This document shows, in pieces, positions 40,404 through 52,100 of a stretch of DNA of 64,000 nt. The translations under genes and the position numbers were made by a program. Source of the stretch: Spirochaetia bacterium. Lineage in GTDB: Bacteria; Spirochaetota; Spirochaetia; DSM-27196; Salinispiraceae. The stretch is from positions 1 through 64,000 of the forward strand of contig JBBRCZ010000004.1 of assembly GCA_038204425.1 (NCBI GenBank). Reading direction: 5' to 3'. The notes under the pieces are model-generated. The model saw only the letters and a list, made by a program, of their open reading frames with translations. It had not been told where the DNA came from and ran no database searches. The first letter of the stretch is position 1. Every line of letters starts with the position of its first letter.

Positions 40404-42938
40404 ATGGCTAGCACCAAAGCACCAAAAGAACCCGTCAGCCGCAACCGCAACGGTCATGACAAGGATTCTATTACCTGGAGTTTTGCCGAACAGCTCAAAT
40501 ATAACCAAGCTGTAGACAAATACTCAGCCTCGCAGCACGACAAGTTTAAGGCATTGGCTCTGACCGTCCGTGATCGACTCATCAACCAATGGCTGCAAAC
40601 ACAACGTACCCACCATCACGTCAAGGCAAAGCGAGTCTACTATTTGTCCTTGGAGTTTCTAATCGGGCGCTCGCTTGGCAACAACATCATTAATCTTGGA
40701 CCTGACGTAGAAACTGCTTTTAGAGACGCCATGACCGAACTCGGCTATGATCTAGAAGAAATCCGCGAAATGGAAACCGATGCTGGTCTTGGCAATGGTG
40801 GCTTGGGGCGTTTGGCAGCTTGTTTTCTTGACAGCTTGGCGACGCTCGACTTGCCCTGTTTTGGCTATGGCCTGCGTTACGACTACGGCATCTTTAGACA
40901 GGGCATAGAAAATGGCTACCAAGTAGAATACCCCGACGACTGGACGCGCCATGGCAGCGCCTGGGAAATTGAACGTCCGGAAGTGTCGGTGGCGGTTAAG
41001 TTTGGCGGTCGCGTGATTGTGACCGAAGATAAGGGAAAGACGGTGCACAAATGGGTCGACACACAGCCGATAGTTGGTGTGGCCTATGACATGCCAATTT
41101 TGGGTTACGGCGGCACCACGGTCAACACTTTGCGCCTTTGGAGCGCTCGTGCCGACGAAGAGTTTAAGTTTACCTCGTTTAATGAGGGCGACTATGTAGA
41201 AGCTGTTTCTCACAAAGTAGATGCAGAAAATCTAACCAAAGTGCTCTACCCTAACGACAAGGCTTACCTCGGCAAAGAGTTGCGTCTCAAGCAACAGTAC
41301 TTTTTTGTTGCCTGCTCACTCTGGGATATTATGCGCCGCTTTCGCAAGTCAGGCAAAAGCTTTGACCAGCTGGCCAGCATGGCCGCTATCCAGTTGAACG
41401 ACACTCACCCATCCTTGGCTGTGGCCGAGCTGATGCGTCTCTTAATAGACGAAGAAGGCCTAGACTGGGACAAGGCATGGAAGACAACTGTGGCAACGCT
41501 TGGCTATACCAACCATACTTTGATGCCCGAAGCCCTAGAAAAATGGCCAGTGCCGATGTTCGAAAAGCTCTTGCCGCGCCATCTGCAGATAATCTATGAA
41601 ATCAACTACCGCTTTTTGTCGCAAGTAGCCATCAAATGGCCCGGCAACAACGAAAAGTTGGCTCGCATGAGTATTATCGAAGAAGCTGAGCCTAAGCACA
41701 TTCGCATGGCCTACTTAGCAATTGTTGGTAGCCATAGCGTCAATGGAGTAGCGGCCTTGCACACTCGCCTTTTGACAGAAAGGTTAGTAAATGACTTTTA
41801 TCAGATGTGGCCAGAACGATTTAATAACAAGACTAACGGCATAACCCAACGTCGATTCTTGTTAAAAGCCAACCCAGCACTTGCCGACTTGATTAGCCAA
41901 AAGATTGGCGATGCATGGATTACTGATCTGACCGAGCTTACTAAGCTCTTGCCACTCGCTAAGGACAAAGAGTTTCAAAGGCAATTTGCTGCGGTAAAAC
42001 TAGAAGCCAAGCAACGCTTGGCTGAGCAAGCAAAGAAGGAATACGGCATAACGCTAGACACCTCGCATGTCTTTGACGTGCAAGTTAAGCGTATCCACGA
42101 GTACAAACGCCAGCTATTAAATGCCTTGCACATTATCATGCTCTACAACCGCATTAAAAAGGGCGACCACAAAGGCTTGGTGCCGCAAACCTTTATTTTT
42201 GCCGGTAAGGCAGCACCCGGTTATGCGATGGCCAAGCTAATCATCAAACTGATTAACAGCCTAAGCCAGGTAATCAATAATGATCCTGATGTGAGCAAGT
42301 ACCTACGGGTTTACTTTTTTGGCAACTATCGCGTTTCTTTGGCAGAGAAGATTATCCCGGCGGCAGATATTTCTGAGCAAATCTCTACGGCAGGAACCGA
42401 AGCCTCAGGTACCGGCAACATGAAATTTATGTGCAATGGCGCTCTAACTCTAGGCACGCTGGATGGCGCCAACATAGAAATTATGGAAGAAGCCGGCAAA
42501 GACAATATCTTTATCTTTGGCTTGACGGCCGAAGAAGTGGAAGATCTCAAGCCGCACTATGATCCCTACCAGTACTACCATGCGGATACCGAAGTTAAAG
42601 AAGCGCTTGATCTCTTGTTCTCAGGCTACTTTAACTTTGGCGAACCCGGAATCTTTGACCCAATCCGTCAGGTCTTGTTTGAAAAAGGTGACGCCTACCT
42701 GCATCTGGCAGATATCCGTTCTTACGCAGACACGCGCGCCAAGATGATAGAACTCTACAAGAAGCCAGAATCATGGTGGGAGAAGGCGATTATCAATACT
42801 GCCAAGTCAGGCAAGTTTAGTTCTGACCGCACGATTAACGAATACGCCACAGACATTTGGAACGTCAAACCAGTTAAGATTGATGCCTACCAGGACGAAA
42901 ACATAGGCACGCTCGACCAAGCCCGCAATCAAGAATAG
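40404..42938 (+). CDS. glgP: Glycogen/starch phosphorylase
   Basis: DAGLGNGGLGRLAAC, QLNDTHP, VKRIHEYKRQ, EASGTGNMKF (PLP Lys). Confidence 0.97.
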   Translation: MASTKAPKEPVSRNRNGHDKDSITWSFAEQLKYNQAVDKYSASQHDKFKALALTVRDRLINQWLQTQRTHHHVKAKRVYYLSLEFLIGRSLGNNIINLGPDVETAFRDAMTELGYDLEEIREMETDAGLGNGGLGRLAACFLDSLATLDLPCFGYGLRYDYGIFRQGIENGYQVEYPDDWTRHGSAWEIERPEVSVAVKFGGRVIVTEDKGKTVHKWVDTQPIVGVAYDMPILGYGGTTVNTLRLWSARADEEFKFTSFNEGDYVEAVSHKVDAENLTKVLYPNDKAYLGKELRLKQQYFFVACSLWDIMRRFRKSGKSFDQLASMAAIQLNDTHPSLAVAELMRLLIDEEGLDWDKAWKTTVATLGYTNHTLMPEALEKWPVPMFEKLLPRHLQIIYEINYRFLSQVAIKWPGNNEKLARMSIIEEAEPKHIRMAYLAIVGSHSVNGVAALHTRLLTERLVNDFYQMWPERFNNKTNGITQRRFLLKANPALADLISQKIGDAWITDLTELTKLLPLAKDKEFQRQFAAVKLEAKQRLAEQAKKEYGITLDTSHVFDVQVKRIHEYKRQLLNALHIIMLYNRIKKGDHKGLVPQTFIFAGKAAPGYAMAKLIIKLINSLSQVINNDPDVSKYLRVYFFGNYRVSLAEKIIPAADISEQISTAGTEASGTGNMKFMCNGALTLGTLDGANIEIMEEAGKDNIFIFGLTAEEVEDLKPHYDPYQYYHADTEVKEALDLLFSGYFNFGEPGIFDPIRQVLFEKGDAYLHLADIRSYADTRAKMIELYKKPESWWEKAIINTAKSGKFSSDRTINEYATDIWNVKPVKIDAYQDENIGTLDQARNQE

Positions 42939-42951
42939 GTAGAGGTACAGT

Positions 42952-42995
42952 CAAAAAAAACAGCCCAGACTTGCGAGTCTGGGCTGTTTTTTTTG
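42952..42995. terminator. Bidirectional intrinsic terminator
   Basis: Perfect 20-bp inverted repeat CAAAAAAAACAGCCCAGACT-TGCG-AGTCTGGGCTGTTTTTTTTG between convergent genes. Confidence 0.93.
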
Positions 42996-43016
42996 TAAGG
43001 TTTTTCGCTTATTGGC

Positions 43017-43925
43017 TTATGCCCACAATTGTTCTGGATAGTCGCCCTTGTCTATTAAGGTGCGCAATCCCGCTTTGACGTCTGGCAAGTCCTCTTTGTA
43101 GGTGATACCAAACCAAGTGGCATTGGATCGCAGCACCTTGAGTTTGGCGCTACCATCATGAATCATGCTGTTGACTACCAAAGGTATAAAGAACTCCGCG
43201 CCAGGGTCCTGGCCCTTGGTTTTGATAAAGTCAACAAACTGTGTTTCTATTGCTTTAAAAATTGGCGGAGTAAAGCCAAAAAAGTTCATCGAAACTGTTT
43301 CGTTGCCGCTGCATTTTACCGTTGAGCCATCGGCCTGCAAGCTCTTGATACCGCCTGCATCTTTACTGATCTTGGTGTGCTCTACCACATCGGTCAGGTT
43401 GCCTTGCGTGTCGACTTGGCACAAACCTCGACTCACCGAGCCAAAGTCGCTGACGGTCTTGGCAAGCTCGTAGCCAACCATACAAAAGTCATTTTTGCTG
43501 GGGTCACTTGCTGCAAGTTGTTTGCCGGCCACCAAAAATGCATCAGAACCATAGAAGTCGTCGGCATTGATAACCGCAAAGGGTGCATCAATAACTGCAC
43601 GGGCTGCATAGACCGCATGCGAGGTGCCCCAAGGCTTCTTGCGCTCAGCCAACGTAAGTCCAGTTACAGGCATATCAGTCATGTCCTGAAAAACGTAACC
43701 GACTTCAATCTTTGACGAAAAACGTGGCAAAACATGCTCCACAAAATCTTTTTCTATATCTCGACGGATGACAAAAATCACTTTTCCAAAACCGGCTCTT
43801 ATGGCATCAAATACCGAATACTCAAGAATGATAGCCTGATTTGGACCAATTGGTTCAATTTGCTTAACCCCACCATAGCGGCTGCCCATGCCAGCGGCCA
43901 AGACTAACAATATTGGTTTACTCAT
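43017..43925 (-). CDS. Sugar-phosphate nucleotidyltransferase
   Basis: LAAGMGSRYGG.KQ, KPWGT.HA, INADDFYG, VSMN, WFGITY.ED. Confidence 0.88.
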   Translation of the reverse strand: MSKPILLVLAAGMGSRYGGVKQIEPIGPNQAIILEYSVFDAIRAGFGKVIFVIRRDIEKDFVEHVLPRFSSKIEVGYVFQDMTDMPVTGLTLAERKKPWGTSHAVYAARAVIDAPFAVINADDFYGSDAFLVAGKQLAASDPSKNDFCMVGYELAKTVSDFGSVSRGLCQVDTQGNLTDVVEHTKISKDAGGIKSLQADGSTVKCSGNETVSMNFFGFTPPIFKAIETQFVDFIKTKGQDPGAEFFIPLVVNSMIHDGSAKLKVLRSNATWFGITYKEDLPDVKAGLRTLIDKGDYPEQLWA

Positions 43926-43953
43926 AGTTCCTCACTGTCTTTTTTAGTTTCTT

Positions 43954-44673
43954 CTAGTAGCGCACAGCATAAACCTTGTCGCTACGGTTTGTCATTAGGT
44001 CAAGCAGACTAAGCTTGAGCTGGAGGCGCCCGCGAGCTTGGTCGACTATGGTAAAACCGGTGGCGCTGATGACCGCCGAGGGTACTTGTACGTTTAAGGT
44101 CACTAGGGCCAAACTGAACATAGCTTGTCGTTCTTGCTTACTGCCGTACTCTTCCATTGCCCAGTCCAAACTCACTTGGTAGTCCTTGGCGCTGATGCCT
44201 TGCTTTTGTGGCAAGAGATAGGCCAACTGATCGCCGCCTTCGCTTGCAACAATCCCAGCAAGTGCTTCTATTATGTCACGGTTAAAGGTAAAGCTGAGCG
44301 TCCGCACACCGGATTGGGTGCTGAGACTGCTAAGCTTGCGTACCTGCGGCTTATGGTTGGACAGGACTTGGTTAGGATTGGCAATGTTTACCTGCAGCTC
44401 AAAGCTGCTTGGCTTGCTGTGGTCTAGGCTCAACAAACTGATGCCCTTTTCTTGACCAAGGCGCTCTTTTAGTTTGACCGGATCTATGAGTGAGTTGCCA
44501 GGTTTAGTGCCCAAGAGGTCGCTTAGGTATGCCATAAAGACCGGGTTAAACGTGGTCTGAGTCTTGACCACTATGCTGCCGTTTTGGGCCACCAGCATGT
44601 CGGCATCCACCACACATGAGCTGAGTGCAAAGATAACTGTCAGGAGGCTTGTCGCAAAAAATAGTCTAATCAT
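43954..44673 (-). CDS. Hypothetical lipoprotein
   Basis: MIRLFFATSLLTVIFALSSC lipobox from ATG 44673 (ORF track gives 44796). Confidence 0.75.
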   Translation of the reverse strand: MIRLFFATSLLTVIFALSSCVVDADMLVAQNGSIVVKTQTTFNPVFMAYLSDLLGTKPGNSLIDPVKLKERLGQEKGISLLSLDHSKPSSFELQVNIANPNQVLSNHKPQVRKLSSLSTQSGVRTLSFTFNRDIIEALAGIVASEGGDQLAYLLPQKQGISAKDYQVSLDWAMEEYGSKQERQAMFSLALVTLNVQVPSAVISATGFTIVDQARGRLQLKLSLLDLMTNRSDKVYAVRY

Positions 44674-44749
44674 TTCTTCCCCATAGCCAGAGTATAAACA
44701 AAAAGACAATTGTTTTGAAATAAGGTTATAAAAGTGATAGTATTTAGTA

Positions 44750-46117
44750 ATGGACAAGAATGGATCACTTACTTTATGTCGTGTCTCTTTGCTCATGGCA
44801 AGTTTGGCGGCCGCAAGTCTTGTGTTTAACTGCGTAGCTCAGGTGCCAGACTTCTCGGCCTATGATGGTGTCAATTTAATTCCTGAGGCTGATCTTACTT
44901 TTGTCTCCGCAAGCTCCACCAGTCCAAGACTTGGTTGGTCGCCGGATTTTGCCTCTGGTCCTGGCCCTGGCAACCGCTATATGACCTTTGAACGAGTGGA
45001 CAATAGCGATTTTGGTGGTTACACCAGCGCTGGCACTGCGGCCGGTGACTTATATGAAGCATATCCTGACAGCGCGCGCCTGCCGGATGGCAGTTTGCCG
45101 TTCGTATACCGCCTCGAAGCCAAAAATCTGATTGCCAACGGCGACCAAGAAGCTGCTGGACTTACCGTGGTGACAGTGGGAAGTCCCGGCTATATTTATG
45201 ATTCCGGTGCCTATAGCAATCCCGGAACTGATAAGTACTTTAGTCTAAACTCTGGCAACGCCGCCACCGACCGCTTTGCTATTGATCTTGGCGCCGCCAT
45301 GGTGGATGATAACGCCACAGCAAACTATGCCAAGAGCTACAGCCTTGGATTTAAGTTTGCATTAGGTTATTCTGGTGACTTTTTTCTGAACCTCAACGAT
45401 AACCCAGAAGATACGGATGTCTACGACCAACAATGGCACTGGTTACGCTTAAACAACAACACTATAAATAGCATCTTTAGGTTTCCTTTTACCACACCGG
45501 CTAACTCTAGAGAAGCACTACTAAGTCCACGGGATACTAATTCCATGCCAACCAAGTATTTGTGGTTTAACCCAAGTAGTTCGCCAGATAATGGCCCGGA
45601 TCTACTTCAGGGCGGATTTGATGACTTTCAGCTACTATCTGCCAGCGATGATCTTGCCATCCGGCTTGCCATACCACGCACCAACAGTCAGCGGCCGATA
45701 CTGCAATCAGGTGGTCGTTATATTGTTAAACTGTGGGTCCGCACTGACAATACGCATACTTATTCGACCCCAGCGAGCAGAGTCGACAACCGCTTTAAAG
45801 CAAGTTTTGTGAGTATTTCTTTGCACGATCAAGCTTTATCTACCAGTCTGCATGGCAAAACTGTGGTACATAGCCTTGGTATGGAAGTAATTTTGCTGGA
45901 TATGAGCAAACTCGGTTGGACCAACCATGCAAGTTGGGACAACTGGACAGAACTTACGGCCTACTTTAGCGATGTACTACGTAGTGACCAGATTCTCGGT
46001 GCTGACTACCCCTTGCAGCTTACCATTAGCGCCACCAACATGGACTCAAGCGCATTGCGTGCGCCGGGCAGCATCTTGATTGCCTACCCGCGCCTATATT
46101 GGGAAGCAAACTACTGA
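44750..46117 (+). CDS. Hypothetical exported protein / lipoprotein, beta-rich
   Basis: Hydrophobic leader ending LVFNC; preceded by TTGAAA-17-TAGTAT 6 nt before the ATG. Confidence 0.75.
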   Translation: MDKNGSLTLCRVSLLMASLAAASLVFNCVAQVPDFSAYDGVNLIPEADLTFVSASSTSPRLGWSPDFASGPGPGNRYMTFERVDNSDFGGYTSAGTAAGDLYEAYPDSARLPDGSLPFVYRLEAKNLIANGDQEAAGLTVVTVGSPGYIYDSGAYSNPGTDKYFSLNSGNAATDRFAIDLGAAMVDDNATANYAKSYSLGFKFALGYSGDFFLNLNDNPEDTDVYDQQWHWLRLNNNTINSIFRFPFTTPANSREALLSPRDTNSMPTKYLWFNPSSSPDNGPDLLQGGFDDFQLLSASDDLAIRLAIPRTNSQRPILQSGGRYIVKLWVRTDNTHTYSTPASRVDNRFKASFVSISLHDQALSTSLHGKTVVHSLGMEVILLDMSKLGWTNHASWDNWTELTAYFSDVLRSDQILGADYPLQLTISATNMDSSALRAPGSILIAYPRLYWEANY

Positions 46118-46146
46118 GAGTCTGCTGCCCATAAGTCACTCAGTCT

Positions 46147-49100
46147 TTATTTGACTACCATCACCTTTCTAAACTCGTCTATACCACCACCGCTTACTCG
46201 TATCAGATAGAGTCCGCGTGCTACCACATCGCCGTTAGCATTGCGTCCATCCCAACTGAGTGTATAGTCGCCCTTAGCTTGGCTGCCCGTCCTTAGGATC
46301 TTAACCAAGGTGCCGTCAGCAGCAAAGACCATTACATTAACGTTGGCCGGTGCGTCCAACTGATAGCGCAGTATCGCTCGGTCGTTGACCAGCGGATTGA
46401 TGACGTTGTTGAGTATAGTAACTCCAGCACGTTGTTTTACTAGGGTATCTATGCCAAATGACCATGGCCGTATGAGGCGAGGATCCTGTGGATCGGGGGT
46501 ATAGGCCAAGGACAAACCGTTCATATCCAAGACAAAGTCCACCATGGCACCGTTGGTAAACTCACTATCCTTGCCACTAAAGCCAAACTGGCGTAGCCCA
46601 GACCCTGCGCCGAGATTAGAACCAAGCACCACCCGAGCAGCAGGGTTGGGCAGGTCCAGCAAACCTTTGATAGCGTTGGGGAACCAGAACTTGCCTCCAA
46701 TTGGCGACAAGACACTTGAGGGCGGGTTGACGTCGTAGTACAAGCGCAAGGGCTGATCCAAATAACTTGGCCCAAGATTGTCAGATAGTTTGACTTGCAG
46801 CAGTATTTGACCTTCGCCTAGGAGACTTTCGTTACCAGTAAAGGTTCGGATGGGTGCCAGACTACCAACGTTGCTTGGATTGAGAATATCGTCTATTGCT
46901 TGCACCGGTTCGGCGATACCAAGTCCAATATTGCTAAAGCGATAAACAGTAGCCGCCAAAATGCTATTGTTGGACTTATCGGAAATAACATTGTCCATCG
47001 CCGTGCTTAGGCGCAGTTCCATAAGGTCTATAGGAGCTATGGTAAAGTTGAGGTCAAAGAAGGCCTTGGTAACACCAAACTGACCAGTGCGAACTTCGCT
47101 TGTTTCCAGAATGCTTACTGAGGCTGGACTACCTTCCGAAACACCCGCTCGCTTAATGTCAAAGTCACTTGCTTGGATTTCCTCTAAGTCGGTGCCATTG
47201 AAACGGAAGACTGGCTCATCAAACTGTACGTAGATGCGTCGGCCACCAACAGCGCCGAGGCTCAACTCAATATTGGGTGGAGTACGTTCGATTCCTTCCA
47301 AACGGTCACCGATGTCGGTTCTCGACCGCATGAGGTTGCCGCGATGGTCAGTGAGGAAGCCGATGTTTGCGTCATACAAGACAAAGAGCGAAATGCGGGA
47401 GTTCCAAACCGGGTTCAAAGCCATTTTAAAATACTCGTCGTCAGGATCATTGTCATTTGAAAGTGTCGTAGGCGGACTGACGTTGCTATCAATGCTAAGA
47501 TTATTGGCAGTTGTAGGAACGAGGTCCAGTAGATTACCAACTCTAAAAGCCGCTAGCTCATTGTCATACAGATTTGACGCATCGGCATCTGGGAAGGACC
47601 ATGAGCTGTCGCGGATTGGCTTAGTCATTACAAACTCGAGCCTGTCTATTTGATTACCAACCTCGAGCCCGCTATAGATCAAGAAATTTGGGCCGCCTCC
47701 ATCAAGGCTGACCGCTGGCCGAGTAGTGTCCCAGTCATCAGTAAATAGTACGCCAAAACCAGCACCACCGCTTGAAATATCGGATAGATTGACTGCAGTG
47801 GTTGCATTGTTTTTTGCTGTGACTCCTACTGTGTCGCCAACTTTGCCAGGATATGGATTGACGCTTGGTTCTACTTGATTGCCGTTTGCATCCAAAACTT
47901 CCGTGGCAATTTCTTGAACAAGACTGAGACCAACAACGTCTGTTATGGTAGGTATCGTATCATCAGCAGCAGTTGGACTACCCAAATAGCCTGGCCAATT
48001 GAGTGTCCCAGCACTGTTTATGGAATATCCAGCTAGAAATATAGTAAGTCCAGCAGATCCTGCTGGATTGGTGGCACTCGCTGCCGTGCTGCGATAGATG
48101 AGATGGATTTTGTCTGGGTGACTTTCGTGAGTTAGTCCAGCGCCAAATTGCCGAGCACCAGCAGCGAAGTTGCCTGGATAAGTAAGGTTGAGTCCGTTGA
48201 TAGAAACAGTGCCAGTTGTTTCGGTGATGTAGCCAATGCCATTTAGATCATTGTATGAGCGGAAGCTTATGTTGCCTGGTGCTGCATTACCAGCCATGGT
48301 CGCAGCCCCTACGTCAGAAAATCCACTGAGCCCCGCCAAGTCAAGTGGCTCACTATAACGAATATGCAGCAGGTTGTGGCCGTTATAAGGTGTTGCTGTA
48401 CCAGCTGCATAGTTAGACTTACCAGCCCATGCTCCAACCAGAACTGAGCGGGTGCCGTCAGTGGTGGCAGTAAAGGCAGCAAGGTATTGATTTCCTCCAC
48501 CAGCAAAACCCCCTGTGCCGCCTGCCATCAAACTAAAAGTGGTGCCATTTAGCTGCACCCCGGTGTTGGCCATGGTCACTTTGCCCAAGGCTGAGTAGAT
48601 GCGGTGTTTGGACAATGCGAGATTTAACAGAACATTACGTTGCACACCGCTACGATCGGTACTTAAAGCGTTGCCGACACTTGCGCCCGTAGCGTCGGTG
48701 TTCCAAGTGATGACTGGTGCACGTACTCCTGCAAATAATCCTGTATGGGTACGGAAGTATAACGGAATGGTCGTGGGTACGTCCGAGTTTAGGAAAGAAG
48801 TTGCCGTTGTATTGATGGCTACAAACGAACCGGCTTCTCCAGGAGCCCATACATTGTTACCACTATCATCCCAAATATAAACACCCTGGAATGATGAGGC
48901 AGCGTTGTTAAATCGCAAGTTGTCAGAAGGTGTAACAGAGTTCACAATGGCTGATAGTTCACTATTGGAGTTTTCTATATCTCGGTCAAATATTACTTCG
49001 ACCATGTCGTCGTAAATTGAGCGGGCGCTTACTATAGTCGGACGATCGGCAGCGAAGGCTACACGGGAATTAATTCCAGCATCCATGACGTTTTCGGCAG

Positions 49101-52100
49101 CTGAAAGCCAAACATTGTTGTTACCAACCGCGCCAACTAGGGGTAAAACTGTTAAACTAGTAATAGAAGAATTATACACTCGGGCAAACTTACCAGTTGT
49201 GCCATTTCCAAAACCATAACCTGTGCCGACAGTAAGCATGCCCGGCACTGAATTGTTATCTGGCAAACGCAAATTATAGCTTGCGGCGCCATCAAGGTTT
49301 GTGCCGTTTACGTAGAAGTTGCCATTTACAGTTAGCGTAGTTCCATTAAGACCGGCTGCGGCAAAGTTCGCTGACCTTGTTCCCGGTAGTGGAATAATAG
49401 TGAAAGCAGAGCTTGGGTCAGGATACTGGTATTCGGTTGTACTTGGAGAGCGATCAGGATCACTAGCATTGTATGCTGAGCCAAAGATCGCTAAATTGCC
49501 ACCGATATCAACGATGATCCCACTCACACTTAGACGTCCTCTATAGAAAATTAAGTCCCCTGTATTTGGAGCGTTCAAATGATTGCGTAAGCTAACATTA
49601 TCCGAAATACTTAGCTGCGTTGTGGCCCCGGTCGCATTGTTGATAAAAAAATGCGGTGTTCTGATGTTTATATTTTGACCATTTTGTGCATCCCACGCTC
49701 CATTTGCATGAAGATCTGCTACTATTTGAGTGCTAGCAGTGTATGTTTGGGTACCTGCTGTAATTATTGAGCTTCCACGAAGATCGAGGGCAGATGTAGT
49801 CATGGAAAGATTGCCGTTAATATTCAAGGCATCAATAGTATCGTTGCCAAGTAAAATGCTTGTTGTAGCAGTTACTGTTAAGTTTTGTAAGTACGCTCTT
49901 CCCCCTACTAGTGACCCTACAAGACCTTTTAGGGTAATTGCACCCGCGCTTGCAGTTAAGGTTAAGGATTGCCTATCAGTAGCAACGCCACCAAATAAAG
50001 TTCCATTATCAGTCACTTGGCAGTTAAGAAGTAAATTACCAGTAGAACATGTAATGGTGGTATCAGCACCTGAAATTAATAACTCATCTCCATCAAGTAA
50101 GTTTGCTCCATCACCATCTGTATCAGTTGATCCAAATGTTATCGCACCAGCTGATGTAAGTGTTAATCCATCTAATCGTACTCGTGACAAAAAGTTAGAT
50201 GCTGTGCCCGCTCCAACTATATCGACATTTCCTGTCAAGGTTAATAAGCCAGTTCCGTCTGTTTGACTGATCCCAGTAGTGGTGCGCAAAGTGCTATTAA
50301 ACGTCGTTGCGCCAGTCGAACTTATAGTTAAGCTAGCTCCAGTACCATTGCCAATTTGATTTGCCACACTTGCACCACCGACTGCAGCATTGAAAATAGT
50401 ATCCCCGGATATAGTCAATGTTAAATTTTGATTACCGTTAACGGTAGCATTTGTTGTCAGTAAAGCACTTGCACTCGTGCTTATAGTGACCGCTCCTGTG
50501 GTAAAATCGAGTGTGTCGGCAGGAGCATCCCCAAAAGTAACATCGGCACTCGAAGTAAAAGTCAAACCTGCCAAAGTTACATTGGCATTAAGTGTTGCAC
50601 CAGCCACACTTACATTTTCATTAAAAGTAACTGCACCAGTGTTTTGAACCAGTGCAACGGTACCTGAGACTGCACCGATAAAGGTTTTAGTTCCACCGCC
50701 ATTTAAAGTAACTGTTCCACTTGATAATGTTATTGTGTCGCCGACTGCATTGCCAAAATTTGTATTTGCCACACTATCAAATATCATACCATAAAGTGTT
50801 ACTGTGCTATTAAATTGATTAGCTGTGTTGTTAGTGTCGATGGTAACATTTTCTCTAAATGTTAAAGTTCCTGATGCATTATTTTGCGTTATACCTGTAG
50901 CTGTATGGACTGTTGCGCCTGTATTAAAAGTAGTAGCCCCACCAGCATTTATTACAATACTTGCACCATTTCCATCACCTATTTTAAAATTTGAACCTAC
51001 CGCTGCATTAAAGGTCGTTGTACCCACAACGGTTAATGCTAAGTCTTGAGAACCATCAACCAAACTGTTAAAAATAAGGTTTCCGGCAGTGAGATTAATA
51101 GTATTGGCTGCAGTCGAGAAGGTTAGTTGATCTGTACCAGCATCTCCAAATGTTACAGCAGCACCAGCTTGGAGTGTCATACCGTCCAAAACAACATTGG
51201 CGTTAAATGTTGCTCCAGCCGATAGGGTAACATTATCAAAGAAAGTTATTGCCCCACTACCGCCAGCTTGCGTGATACTTGTTAAATTAAATGAGTTTCC
51301 AACAGTTTGATTAAAATACTTTTCTCCTGATCCTGAAAGTATTAAAGCATTTGTACCATTAACAGTGCTTGCAAATGTTACATCAGGACTGGCCACATTG
51401 TCAGTGCCATCATTTATTATAACTCCAGTTGATATACTTACTGGGTCATTAAACGTCATAAGGTCTGAAGTTATATTAGCTCCAATAGTGAGGCTACCAG
51501 CAGCATCTGTAACAATTTGAGCTAACCTAAATGTTGACCCAACTGCACCATTCAAACTTGTTATACCAGATGAATTTAGTGTAAGTGTATTTATGTCATC
51601 AGCGGTATCGTCTATAGTACCACCAAAGTTTATGCCCCCATTGGCAGTTATTGTGCTATTGGTTTCAATGCTTATAGGCTGAGCTGTTGCATTGGCAAAG
51701 AACGTGCCGCTACCTAAGTTTATGCTTCCACCGCCAGCAACAACAAACCCGCCGGTTCCTGACTGCACTGTGAGGCTTGAATTGGTGCTTAGGTAGTCGG
51801 CATCAAACCTGACATAAGCTGAAGCTGCTGCGCTGTTGCGTAAAATGGCAGCATACGGTAGGGATGCTGTACTACCAGTCCAAACAATATTACCACTGTG
51901 GGCGCTATCACCAATGGTAAAACTGGCTGCCGTTATGCTACCAAAATCAGCATCTATAAAAGCAAATCCGCCACCTAAAGTATTGGTCGATCCAAATTCT
52001 ATATTTGCAGCCGCGTCGCGTGGTCTTATCTGGAAGGTTCCTGTGCCCGCGCTGACTACGGTAGTAGTACCAAGTGTAAAGCCATCACTTGTAATGGCTA

